Positions 55,208-63,565 of a stretch of 64,000 nt of DNA are shown piece after piece; positions within the stretch are counted from its first letter, which is position 1, and every line of letters begins with the position of its first letter. Under the pieces are notes generated by a model, which was given only the letters and a program-made list of their open reading frames with translations, was not told the origin of the DNA and ran no database searches. The stretch is from Candidatus Zixiibacteriota bacterium (GTDB taxonomy: Bacteria > Zixibacteria > MSB-5A5 > GN15 > FEB-12), in the NCBI GenBank assembly GCA_040752815.1, contig JBFMGC010000003.1, positions 15,706 to 79,705 of the forward strand. The letters run 5' to 3'. The position numbers and the translations under genes were made by a program.

Positions 55208-56911
55208 TCATTCGTTTTCCAATGTCGACGTATCCCCGATTTCCTCACCCCACTCCTTGGCGCGAAGCACCCGGCGCATGATTTTGCCGCTGCGGGTTTT
55301 CGGCAGCGACGCCACATATTCGATTTCCTGCGGCATGGCGAGCGGGGAAAGTTTTCGCCTGATGAAGTTCATGATGTCCAGTTCGAGATCGACACTCGCC
55401 TCGAACCCCGGCTTGAGCGTGACAAACGCCTTGACCACCTCCATGTTGACCTCATCCGGCTTGGCTACCACTGCCGACTCCGCCACCGCCTTATGCTCAA
55501 GCAGCGCCGACTCGACCTCGAACGGGCTGACCAGGTGACCGGCAGTGTTGATGATATCGTCGTCGCGGCCCGCGAACCAGAAGTAGCCGTCGGCATCGAT
55601 ACTCGACCGGTCGCCCGGAAGGTACCAGCCGTCGCGAAACTTCGCCTTGTATGTTTCTTCGTTATTGCGATAGCCGCGCATCATGGCCGGCCAACCGGGT
55701 TTGAAAGCGATCAGGCCGACCCGCCCCGGTTCGTGGATCGGTTCGTAGGTTTTCAGATCAAGCACGGTGGCGGTTATTCCGGGGAACGGCCGGCCCATCG
55801 ATCCCGGCTTTACTTTCATGCCGGGGAAATTGCTGATCATCATGGAACCGGTTTCTGTCTGCCAGTAATTATCATGAAAAGGGAGCCCGAATAAGCGGAG
55901 CGACCAGTGCACCGCCTCGGCGTTGAGCGGTTCGCCCACGCTGGCCAGGTGGCGAAGGCTGGACATGTTGTACTTTCTGACTACTTCGTCGCCCGCCTTC
56001 ATCAGCGAGCGAATGGCGGTCGGCGCGGAGTACCAGACTGTCACCCGGTTTTTCTCAATAAACCGATACCAATTATCTGCCGAGAACCCGATATCGGCTA
56101 CACACTGGGTAACGCCCAGCGTGAAGGGTGCGATGATTCCATACGATGTACCCGTGACCCAGCCCGGATCGGCGGTGCACCAGTAAATGTCGTCATCATG
56201 AAGATCGAGCACCCACTTGGCGGTCAGATATTGCGATATCAGCGAGTAGTGGACATGCTGCACACCTTTGGGTTTGCCGGTGGTGCCCGACGTATAGTGC
56301 AGCACCGATGGCGACTCGGCCGTAGTGCGATGCGACTCGAAATCGTCGACCGGTTTGGCCGCTTCGAGCGAGAACGCCATCTCGCGCTCTTTGAGTTCTT
56401 TCTTGCCGTCGTGATCGACAACGATGATATGCTGCAGGAACGGCATCTGGTCGATAATCCGCCGCACCTTGCCCACGTGCTTGCGCTGGGTGAGAATCAC
56501 TTTCGCCTGCGCATCTTCCAGCCGCACGAACAGCGACTCCTCGCCGAAAGCTGAAAACAGCGGCTGGGCAATCGCGCCCAGCTTAAGAACGGCCACGAAC
56601 CCGAGATATAACTCCGGGATACGATCCATGAAGAGGCAGACCCGGTCGCCCGGATGCACGCCCAGGCCGCGCAGGTAAGCGGCGATCGTGTTGGTCGCCA
56701 GGCGGACGTCGTTATAGGTGTATTTTTTCTCCTCGGATCCGGCTCCCTCCCAGATCAACGCCGTTTTGTCGGCCTTGCCCACTTGGCAGACGCGGTCGGA
56801 ACAATACCAGCCGATATTGATGACCTCGCCCGGCTTGTAGCCCAGCTCTTTCTCGGCGATGTTCCAACTGAAGCTCTTAGCTCGGTCTTCGTAGAGGCCA
56901 AAATGACTCAT
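55208..56911 (-). CDS. AMP-forming acyl/acetyl-CoA synthetase-like ligase (AcsA/MACS-like)
   Basis: LHYTSGTTGKPKGVQHVH, WYLPGDRSSIDADGYFWFAGRDDDIINTAGHLVSPFEVE and C-terminal LPKTRSGKIMRR are present. The N-terminal region resembles B. subtilis AcsA-type enzymes (SPELY..., LGAIAQPLF). Confidence 0.8.
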   Translation of the reverse strand: MSHFGLYEDRAKSFSWNIAEKELGYKPGEVINIGWYCSDRVCQVGKADKTALIWEGAGSEEKKYTYNDVRLATNTIAAYLRGLGVHPGDRVCLFMDRIPELYLGFVAVLKLGAIAQPLFSAFGEESLFVRLEDAQAKVILTQRKHVGKVRRIIDQMPFLQHIIVVDHDGKKELKEREMAFSLEAAKPVDDFESHRTTAESPSVLHYTSGTTGKPKGVQHVHYSLISQYLTAKWVLDLHDDDIYWCTADPGWVTGTSYGIIAPFTLGVTQCVADIGFSADNWYRFIEKNRVTVWYSAPTAIRSLMKAGDEVVRKYNMSSLRHLASVGEPLNAEAVHWSLRLFGLPFHDNYWQTETGSMMISNFPGMKVKPGSMGRPFPGITATVLDLKTYEPIHEPGRVGLIAFKPGWPAMMRGYRNNEETYKAKFRDGWYLPGDRSSIDADGYFWFAGRDDDIINTAGHLVSPFEVESALLEHKAVAESAVVAKPDEVNMEVVKAFVTLKPGFEASVDLELDIMNFIRRKLSPLAMPQEIEYVASLPKTRSGKIMRRVLRAKEWGEEIGDTSTLENE

Positions 56912-56914
56912 TGT

Positions 56915-57301
56915 TTACTCGCTTGTTTGGTGTTGCAGGGCGACTACAGCGCAGGCGAGGTCATCGGTGAAACCCGAAGACACTAGGCAGCGCCCGCCAT
57001 TTGTGTCGCCGATAATCTCTCTCAATCGGCCGTGCAATCGCACCGTTGGTCGGCCCGAGTCATCACTCAGTACTTCTATTTCCCTGAATCTCAAACCTTC
57101 ATGCAATCCGATCCCCGCCGCTTTCAGCAGCGCTTCCTTGACCGCCAGGATCGCCGCCAGCCGGGCGTGAGGATGTCTACGTGATACGCAGCAGGCCAGT
57201 TCCTCCCGCGAAAAGAAATCATCGAGCAGCCTGGTTTGACCTTCCGCAGCGCGCTTGACGCGCCCCACCGCGACTATGTCGATGCCGAATATCTGCGCCA
57301 A
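56915..57301 (-). CDS. acpS: holo-ACP synthase (AcpS-type 4'-phosphopantetheinyl transferase)
   Basis: IFGIDIVAVGRV...FFSREEL...ARLAAILAVKEALLKAAG...FREIEVLSDDSGRPTV is collinear with E. coli AcpS; the protein is 128 aa. Confidence 0.8.
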   Translation of the reverse strand: MAQIFGIDIVAVGRVKRAAEGQTRLLDDFFSREELACCVSRRHPHARLAAILAVKEALLKAAGIGLHEGLRFREIEVLSDDSGRPTVRLHGRLREIIGDTNGGRCLVSSGFTDDLACAVVALQHQTSE

Positions 57302-57334
57302 AGCCAGTTCCTTGAGTTTGGAGAGGGAAAGTCC

Positions 57335-58303
57335 TCAACTCGCGGCGGGGGCGGTCTGAAGCTTGCGTGTGAGCACGTTGATCATGTCCTCGGTCATGCG
57401 GGCGAGATCGTATTGCGGCTTCCAGCCCCACTCGGCGCGGGCGCAGGAATCGTCCATCGAGTTGGGCCAGGAATCGGCAATCGCCTGGCGGACATGATCG
57501 AAGTCGTAGGTGACAATGAACTCCGGAATATGTTCGCGGATTTCATCGGCCAGCATCCTCGGCGTGAAACTCATCGCGGTGATATTAAACGCGTTGCGGT
57601 GAACGAGCCTCGCGCCGTCGGCTTCCATCAGCTCGATCATTGCCCGGATGGCGTCCGGCATGTACATCATGTCCAGCCAGGTATCCGGCTTCAGATAGCA
57701 GGTGTACTTCTTGTAGCGGATGGCCTGATAGAAGATATCGACCGCGTAATCGGTGGTGCCGCCGCCCGGCTCGGTCTCATAAGAGATAAGTCCGGGGAAC
57801 CGAACGCCGCGGGTGTCAAGATTGAACCGCTTGTGGTAGTAGTCGCACAGAAGCTCACCCGCCACTTTGGTGACGCCATAAATCGTATCCGGGCGCTGAA
57901 TCGTGTCCTGGGGGGTTTTATCCTGGGGCGTCAGAGGCCCAAAGGCGCCAATCGAACTGGGAAAAAACAACGAACACTGGTACTGCCGCGCCGCCTCGAG
58001 CATGTTGTACAAGCCGTTCATGTTGACCTGCCAGGCCACCCCGGGGCGCGACTCGCCGGTGGCAGACAATATGGCCGCCAGATGGTAGACCGTCCCGATC
58101 TCGTGAAGCTGCATCACGCGTGTGATATGGTGCGGATCGAGCACATCGAGAAACTCGAACGGGCCGGCGTCGCGCAGTTCCACATCGGCAGGCATTCGAA
58201 CATCGGTAGCCACCACTTTGTTCTTGCCGTAGCGCTTTCGCAGCGCGGCGGTCAGCTCCGAGCCGATCTGCCCAACGGCACCGGTTACCAGGATCTGCTT
58301 CAT
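57335..58303 (-). CDS. tdh: L-threonine 3-dehydrogenase, extended-SDR (UDP-galactose-4-epimerase-like) type
   Basis: MKQILVTGAVGQIGSEL, PSSIGAFGP, IYGVTKVAGE, PGGGTTDYAV, FNITAMSFTP and DDSCARAEWGW are collinear with SDR-type TDH (for example the mammalian/Flavobacterium type) as I recall it. ATG 58303 has GAGG 10 nt upstream, so the listed 58363 start is not needed. Confidence 0.85.
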   Translation of the reverse strand: MKQILVTGAVGQIGSELTAALRKRYGKNKVVATDVRMPADVELRDAGPFEFLDVLDPHHITRVMQLHEIGTVYHLAAILSATGESRPGVAWQVNMNGLYNMLEAARQYQCSLFFPSSIGAFGPLTPQDKTPQDTIQRPDTIYGVTKVAGELLCDYYHKRFNLDTRGVRFPGLISYETEPGGGTTDYAVDIFYQAIRYKKYTCYLKPDTWLDMMYMPDAIRAMIELMEADGARLVHRNAFNITAMSFTPRMLADEIREHIPEFIVTYDFDHVRQAIADSWPNSMDDSCARAEWGWKPQYDLARMTEDMINVLTRKLQTAPAAS

Positions 58304-59052
58304 CTCAGAGGACCTCAATACCTTACTCGTAGTTGACACGGCTGGCTGCGCTGGACGGTCCAAGTCAGCCGTATCGGCGTAAAATCAGGCGGGATAATAC
58401 GAAACAGTCCGGGAAAATCAAGCGATTCGTCCGGGTTTGGGTAGTAGTCTGCAGTTCTCACTTCGTAGCCCTCAACTGGCGACAGATGAAAGACTTGCCG
58501 TAACCTCTTGAGAGGCAGTGCACTTAGATGGTGTGCTGTCATTCGATCCCACCTGACTGCACACGCACAACAGGCACAACCACGACAACCGCGATGCCCC
58601 AACTTGACTCAGGCGTCCATGTCTAGATCTCCTGGCGTGTTAATTCGACGTCCTGATGCGTCACGGTCAAGGCCAGTTCGGCCTCGCAACCGGTGCTCCC
58701 ACTCTCTAACCTGTGGCACTCAACCAGGGCGTCAATGCCGGGTGCAAATGATAACTTGACAAACGAGGGCTTGAATCGTTATGAGAAGATAGCAGCAGGG
58801 GTGCACTAGCTAACTCTCTCGTAGAGACTCAACAGGAGTTAGGAGAATGAGCCAATAGTCAGATGACTTCAAGCAGGGACTACTGTCCGAAGGAGAAGGA
58901 GGTGTCGCATGATTTGATGTTCGGCTCACTTGTGGCGCAAGTTGGGGACCATGGGAATGACGATAGCTGATAGCGTCTGAAGGCGACTTTGACACACTAG
59001 TCAGGGCCTTTCAGACAGTAACTGCGATTCGTTAAACAGATGGAGGCCGATT

Positions 59053-59514
59053 ATGTTAGTAGACAATTCATTACGGCGAGCCATTCTGTTCGGTACAGCA
59101 TTCGTGCTGGGGCAATTTTGGGGTTGCAATTCTGACACAGGGATTGACGGGCCTGCGCCTTTCGTGCCAAACGAATCAGAGATCAAACTGAACGATTACT
59201 TTGATGTGAATGACAACCCGCTCGCTAATAACACTGACAATGCAGCTGTACTTCACACGTGGGATGACTCCCACGGGCGACTCTACATCACTAAAGCTGC
59301 CAGCTCCTATGCCGTCCGTTCTCGCATGAGTGATTTGGAGTCGCTGGGGTATCGTTTTTCGCCTGATCACTCATTCGAATTGGAAGACTACGGGATTCCC
59401 GAGAACAGCGGCAGAGCGATCCTTGTTCGCTTTGTAACTATTGCAATGACCTATCAGCCCGATCCAACACGCCAAGCGATGTATATTACTTACGCCGAAT
59501 GCGAACTCGGTTAG
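59053..59514 (+). CDS. hypothetical lipoprotein (lower-GC islet)
   Basis: GGAGG lies 6 nt upstream of the ATG. It has a signal with a lipobox-like LGQFWGC. No family was recognised. Confidence 0.5.
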   Translation: MLVDNSLRRAILFGTAFVLGQFWGCNSDTGIDGPAPFVPNESEIKLNDYFDVNDNPLANNTDNAAVLHTWDDSHGRLYITKAASSYAVRSRMSDLESLGYRFSPDHSFELEDYGIPENSGRAILVRFVTIAMTYQPDPTRQAMYITYAECELG

Positions 59515-59529
59515 GTTCTGGCGCACTAC

Positions 59530-59835
59530 ATGCTGACCTTTGTTGAACCACCACCGGATCAGGGCTTCATCTCAGAAGTGCCGGGAGTATGGCGTCTCAA
59601 CTACCCCGCTGAGTTGGGATACTATCGCTCGGCTCAGAGCGGTGCACTTTCCGTCACAGTGTACGACTTCCTCGATTGCCTTGCCGCCCGTACCGCGGCC
59701 ACTTGCGGGACTGCCCTAATAGTCTGTGGCGTTACCGGCCCAGGGTATCCGAAATGCGTTGCTGGCGGATGTGCCGGTGGAGCCATTAGCCAGCGCTATC
59801 TTGTGTGCATTCAAGCTCTGCTAGCCCTGGTGTAG
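59530..59835 (+). CDS. hypothetical Cys-rich protein; in frame with 59053..59514 (possibly one interrupted gene)
   Basis: It is in the same frame as the upstream ORF, separated only by TAG 59512..59514 plus 5 sense codons. There is no SD upstream of ATG 59530. Confidence 0.3.
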   Translation: MLTFVEPPPDQGFISEVPGVWRLNYPAELGYYRSAQSGALSVTVYDFLDCLAARTAATCGTALIVCGVTGPGYPKCVAGGCAGGAISQRYLVCIQALLALV

Positions 59836-59852
59836 AGTAACAGAGAGGTATT

Positions 59853-60086
59853 ATGTCAGCGAATAAGCGAGACGAAAATCAAAGCACGTCATCGGCGCAC
59901 GTCGGATTATGGTTTGGTCTCGGGCTGGCGCTGGGCTTTGCTGCGGGCTTTGGACCAACCGCGGCCAGCACTTTTGCGTTGGGATTTGAATGGGCCGTGT
60001 ATCTTGTGGCCTTTGCGCTAGGTGCGGCGGGTGTTTTGTTAGCTCAGCGGCTGCTAGGCTATGAACTTGTCCGTTTGAAAAAGTAG
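59853..60086 (+). CDS. small hypothetical membrane protein (77 aa, two Gly/Ala-rich TM segments)
   Basis: GAGAGG lies upstream of the ATG. Hydrophobic segments are VGLWFGLGLALGFAAGF and WAVYLVAFALGAAGVLLA. Confidence 0.45.
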   Translation: MSANKRDENQSTSSAHVGLWFGLGLALGFAAGFGPTAASTFALGFEWAVYLVAFALGAAGVLLAQRLLGYELVRLKK

Positions 60087-60210
60087 CGTCGGGCGAGTCG
60101 CCTTATTGGTCGGGCAGTTTGTGGTGCTGAAGCTAGGAGTAACCATCGGTCTGGTAGGGGCTGAACGACCACCCGTATTTCGTTAAGCGAACTATGGTTG
60201 GTGTTCGTCC

Positions 60211-60879
60211 CTACCGCCCGCCGTGCCTTGCCGAGGCTATCGCCTCGAGCAACTGCTCCTTGTTGGCAATTGAGATCTGCCGCCCTTTGATCGGCAGGTC
60301 GGCGATCGTGCGCGCATAGCGGCGCAGCTTCACGACCGCCATCGCCTCGAGTTGCTCCCAGGTCGGCCGCCCCGATGATGGCGCCAGCTGAGGAGGCACG
60401 CTCTTCAGTGCCGCCGGCGTTGCCTGTGATGCAGCGTCAGGAGCGGTTGGCATTGCGGCCGGCTTGGCACGGACTTTGGGTTGGGGAGTTGATGTCGTTT
60501 TCGCGCGGAGGGGGGTGCGTGGCACAGACTGCTCTCTCGCTTTCCGGAGCGGAGCAGGCGCTGCAACCTCAGGGATCCCGCCCGGGCGGTACTTTCCGAC
60601 AAAGCGTGGATACGGCAGGATCGCAACGACTTCGTCGTCCGACTTGGGGATCACGTGCATCGACACCAGCTCCCCGGCCGTATGCGCGGCCCGTGCTCCG
60701 GCCTCGACCGCACCCTGCACAGCGGACCAGTCGCCCTCGATCTTGACCGTCATCCGCCCGGCCGCGCCCTGCTCCGCGGAGACTATGACCACCTGTCCGG
60801 CATCCGATGCCGCCCGGGTTGCCGCGAGAGCACCGTCGATTCCGCTCGTTTCGATTAGTCCTAGCGCTGGTCGTGGCAT
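60211..60879 (-). CDS. BMC-H (Pfam00936-type) shell-domain protein with Pro/Ala/Lys-rich linker and C-terminal helix-extended-helix (Rho_N/SAP-like) domain
   Basis: Residues 4-90 (ALGLIETSGIDGALAATRAASDAGQVVIV...GRMTVKIEGDWSAVQGAVEAGARAA...GELVSMHVIPKSDDEVVAILP) are collinear with PduA/CcmK/EutM. The C-terminus is WEQLEAMAVVKLRRYARTIADLPIKGRQISIANKEQLLEAI. Confidence 0.8.
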   Translation of the reverse strand: MPRPALGLIETSGIDGALAATRAASDAGQVVIVSAEQGAAGRMTVKIEGDWSAVQGAVEAGARAAHTAGELVSMHVIPKSDDEVVAILPYPRFVGKYRPGGIPEVAAPAPLRKAREQSVPRTPLRAKTTSTPQPKVRAKPAAMPTAPDAASQATPAALKSVPPQLAPSSGRPTWEQLEAMAVVKLRRYARTIADLPIKGRQISIANKEQLLEAIASARHGGR

Positions 60880-60956
60880 GATCCGCGAATTTACATCGAG
60901 GGATGCTCCGTTTCAACTTAATAATCTGAACGGCTTTCGGCGGGCCACAAAAGAGT

Positions 60957-60987
60957 GTCGCCCGTGCACCCCTCAGGCACGGGCGAC
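60957..60987 (-). promoter_or_regulatory. strong hairpin in the 5' leader of the BMC gene (attenuator/terminator-like)
   Basis: GTCGCCCGTGC-ACCCCTCAG-GCACGGGCGAC is a perfect 11-bp stem. On the minus strand it is followed by ACTCTTTTGTGG. It lies between the sigma-54 promoter candidate and ATG 60879. Confidence 0.35.
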
Positions 60988-61058
60988 TGGGCACCAAGAA
61001 AAAGAGGACCTACCGAGCGCCTTGTCAGCGCCAGGAGTAAGAATGACGGACGGTATTG

Positions 61059-61074
61059 AGCAAGGGTCATGCCG
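61059..61074 (-). promoter_or_regulatory. sigma-54 (-24/-12) promoter candidate
   Basis: The minus strand reads CGGCATGACCCTTGCT, against the consensus TGGCACG-N4-TTGCW. The GG and GC dinucleotides are correctly spaced and the core has one mismatch. It lies about 180 nt upstream of the BMC gene start and downstream of a sigma-54 activator gene. Confidence 0.5.
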
Positions 61075-61180
61075 CAGGATTGGTCCTGACGGCTAACCGT
61101 AAGTTCCCCAGCTTGTTACGCCGACAGACTGAATCGGGTACGTCGAGACTCCACCGTCCCCTTCGTATGAAAATACGAAA

Positions 61181-61231
61181 CTGGATCGAAAAGAAAGGCG
61201 GTAAGCGCTTGACCGGTAAGCACTTACCGCC
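61181..61231 (-). terminator. intrinsic terminator candidate for the sigma-54 activator gene
   Basis: GGCGGTAAG (61197..61205) pairs with CTTACCGCC (61223..61231). On the minus strand it is followed directly by TTTCTTTTCGATCC. It lies 64 nt past the stop at 61295. Confidence 0.45.
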
Positions 61232-61294
61232 ACCAAGGAGGGTTCAGTGATTTCGTACGGACTAACGAAACGGTTCTGACAGACCGTACTCGTC

Positions 61295-63565
61295 TTAATC
61301 GGGCATGCTGCCCTCCAGGCTGATGCCGTACCGTTTCAGCTTGGTTCTTACGGTCGCTTCGTGGATGCCGAGTATGCGGGCGGCCTCGCTCTTGTTGCCG
61401 CCCGCCGCGAGCAGCGCCTCGGTGATCAGTTGCCGCTCGAACAGCTCCACCCGCTCAAACAGCCCGGGGGAGTGATCCGCCGCCTGCTCGGGGGACAGAA
61501 TCGAACGGACCACTTCGTGGAGTTGTCCGTCGGCCACCGACTGCGACATGAGCGAGAGCCGATTAATCACGTTGTCGAGTTCGCGAATGTTTCCCGGCCA
61601 GTCATGCGCCAGGAATTGCTGAACCAATTCGGGCGACACTCTTTGCTGCGGCCCGAGCAGTCCGCGCTTGCGCGTGAAGTGCTCGACCAGAAGCGGGATG
61701 TCTTCCTTGCGCCGGCGCAGCGGCGGCAGGTGGAGCGTAATGCCGCTCAGGCGATAGTAGAGGTCGCGGCGGAACGTACCTTGCTCGACCATCGCTTCCA
61801 AATCACGGTTGGTCGCCGCTACCAGGATGATGTCGATCTCCACCTGGCGGGTGCTTCCCAGCGGCGTGATGCGGCGAGACTCCAGCACGCCCAGCAGCTT
61901 GGCCTGAAGGCCGAGTGGGAGATCACCGATTTCGTCGAGCAGGAAAACTCCGCCGTTAGCCGCTTCGAACAGACCCGGCTTGTTGTGGTCGGCGCCGGTG
62001 AACGCTCCCTTGCGGAAACCAAACAGCTCGGATTCTAACAGATTCTCAGGCACCGAGGCGCAGTTTACTGCCACGAACGGACCGTCCGGCCGAACCAGCG
62101 AATGATAGTAGCGGGCGAGATGGTCCTTGCCCACACCGGTTTCGCCGGTAATCAGCACCGGCAGATCGGAGCGACTCAGCAGGGGCAGTTGCTTCTTTAT
62201 CCGCTCCAGCGCGGGGCACCGGGTCAGATAATCGAACTCGCTTCGGTTTGTGACCGCCGCCGACGATGAACTTTCAGCGGTGAACCGTCCCAGGGCGTTG
62301 ATTAGACGGCTGATTTCGTCCTGCTTGTTCCTGATTCGATTGCGCGAGTAAAACTCCTCCGCGCGGAACAGGTAGGTCAGCCTCTGGCGCTCGGTGAACA
62401 CCGGCGATGATCCCGCGGCAGTCAGGGCCTCGGCTTTCTCCCAGCGCACGCCGGATTCGTCGAGGATATCGATAGCGCGCTGGAACAACTGGCGGGCCTC
62501 AGCGGCCTGCCTTTCGCCGAGATCGTCGGAGTTGCCGGTTGTTACCTGCGCCATGATCTTCTTAAGCGCGCCCAGTTCGACACGTTCGTCGACCCGCTCC
62601 ATGATAACCGTAGCGCGCGCGGCTATCTTCCGCGCCAGGCGGAAGTCGCCGGTGCGCACCGCCAGCTCCGCCAGGTGACGCATCACCCGACCGGCCAGGG
62701 TGGTTCCGGGTGCAATAGTCTCGGCCTTCGCCAGCGCCTTGCGCAGGACGCTGCCGGAGAGATCAAACTCGCCGGTGCGATACTGCAGCTCGCCGAGATA
62801 GGTGAGATAGATGACCTCGTCGCGGGGCGAGTTGACCGCGGTCAGGAGAACGCCGGCTTTGCCGAACATCTCTTCGGCGTGCTCGAACTCGGCCTGCTGC
62901 AGGTAAACGTAGCCGAGCGAGAGCTGCGCCCGCATGGTCTCGAGATCATCGCCCAGATCGGATGACATCTCGATGTTGATTAAAAGGTGCCTCTCGGCCT
63001 CGGCAAAGTCGCCCATGAAGGTGTGCAGGCGGCCGATATTACCCATCATGAATGCCAGTTTGCGGCGGTCATCGAGCCGACGCGCGATCACCACCGCGTC
63101 CATCAGCACCGCCAGGGCGTTGCGATAGTCGGCGAGGCGGAAATACAGGCCGGCCAGATGATTGAGCGCCCGGCTTTGTCCTTCCGGGCAGTCGTTTCGT
63201 CTAAAGATCGATTCTGCGTCGCGGTACGCCTTTTGTGCTTCCGCGAGCTCACCCCTGTCACGCAGGATGCCGCCCAGGGTGACAAAGACCTCCGCCAGCA
63301 TCAGGGAGTCGCCGGCTTTGGTCATTAGCGCCTGGGCGAGACGCGCCGCCTTAAGGGCGGCCGTGTAGTTGGTGAGGGAAGCATAAGCCTGGGCGGCGAG
63401 GTGGAGAATTTCCCCGACCTCGACTGACCCGACCTCAGTGGCTATCTGGCTCTGCTGAGCCTCATAGCACTGCACGGCGCCGACAAAGTCCCGCCTGGCC
63501 AAAAGTGTGCGCATGTGCGCGGCGGCCGAGACGCAGAACGCCTTGTCTACGTCGTGTCGGTTCAT
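61295..63565 (-). CDS. sigma-54-dependent transcriptional activator with N-terminal TPR sensor region (no receiver domain)
   Basis: The N-terminal ~400 aa are TPR-like repeats. The AAA+ core has Walker A GETGVGKDHLA and ESELFGFRKGAFTGA (GAFTGA). The C-terminus has a Fis-type HTH, GGNKSEAARILGIHEATVRTKLKRYGI. Confidence 0.9.
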   Translation of the reverse strand: MNRHDVDKAFCVSAAAHMRTLLARRDFVGAVQCYEAQQSQIATEVGSVEVGEILHLAAQAYASLTNYTAALKAARLAQALMTKAGDSLMLAEVFVTLGGILRDRGELAEAQKAYRDAESIFRRNDCPEGQSRALNHLAGLYFRLADYRNALAVLMDAVVIARRLDDRRKLAFMMGNIGRLHTFMGDFAEAERHLLINIEMSSDLGDDLETMRAQLSLGYVYLQQAEFEHAEEMFGKAGVLLTAVNSPRDEVIYLTYLGELQYRTGEFDLSGSVLRKALAKAETIAPGTTLAGRVMRHLAELAVRTGDFRLARKIAARATVIMERVDERVELGALKKIMAQVTTGNSDDLGERQAAEARQLFQRAIDILDESGVRWEKAEALTAAGSSPVFTERQRLTYLFRAEEFYSRNRIRNKQDEISRLINALGRFTAESSSSAAVTNRSEFDYLTRCPALERIKKQLPLLSRSDLPVLITGETGVGKDHLARYYHSLVRPDGPFVAVNCASVPENLLESELFGFRKGAFTGADHNKPGLFEAANGGVFLLDEIGDLPLGLQAKLLGVLESRRITPLGSTRQVEIDIILVAATNRDLEAMVEQGTFRRDLYYRLSGITLHLPPLRRRKEDIPLLVEHFTRKRGLLGPQQRVSPELVQQFLAHDWPGNIRELDNVINRLSLMSQSVADGQLHEVVRSILSPEQAADHSPGLFERVELFERQLITEALLAAGGNKSEAARILGIHEATVRTKLKRYGISLEGSMPD

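Noticed and set aside
53381-58303. Possibility that the alpha-oxoamine synthase + ACP + acyl-ACP synthetase + SDR form a bacterial sphingolipid (Spt/CerR-type) cluster
   Set aside because: The 415-aa enzyme carries the Kbl-specific blocks (SVRFICGTQD, GKALGGASGG, PVVPQGQARIRTQ) and not Spt-like sequence. The SDR matches SDR-type threonine dehydrogenase block for block. No ceramide synthase-like gene is present. The arrangement is kept as an unusual tdh/kbl finding instead.
57236-58336. 366-aa plus-strand ORF overlapping tdh and acpS
   Set aside because: It is antisense to two genes with strong family motifs and has no recognisable domain.
58896-58917. Strong SD (AAGGAGG) followed by the mini-ORF ATG-ATT-TGA in the 750-bp non-coding stretch
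   Set aside because: A two-codon ORF cannot be supported as a gene or leader peptide from sequence alone, and I cannot assess conservation.
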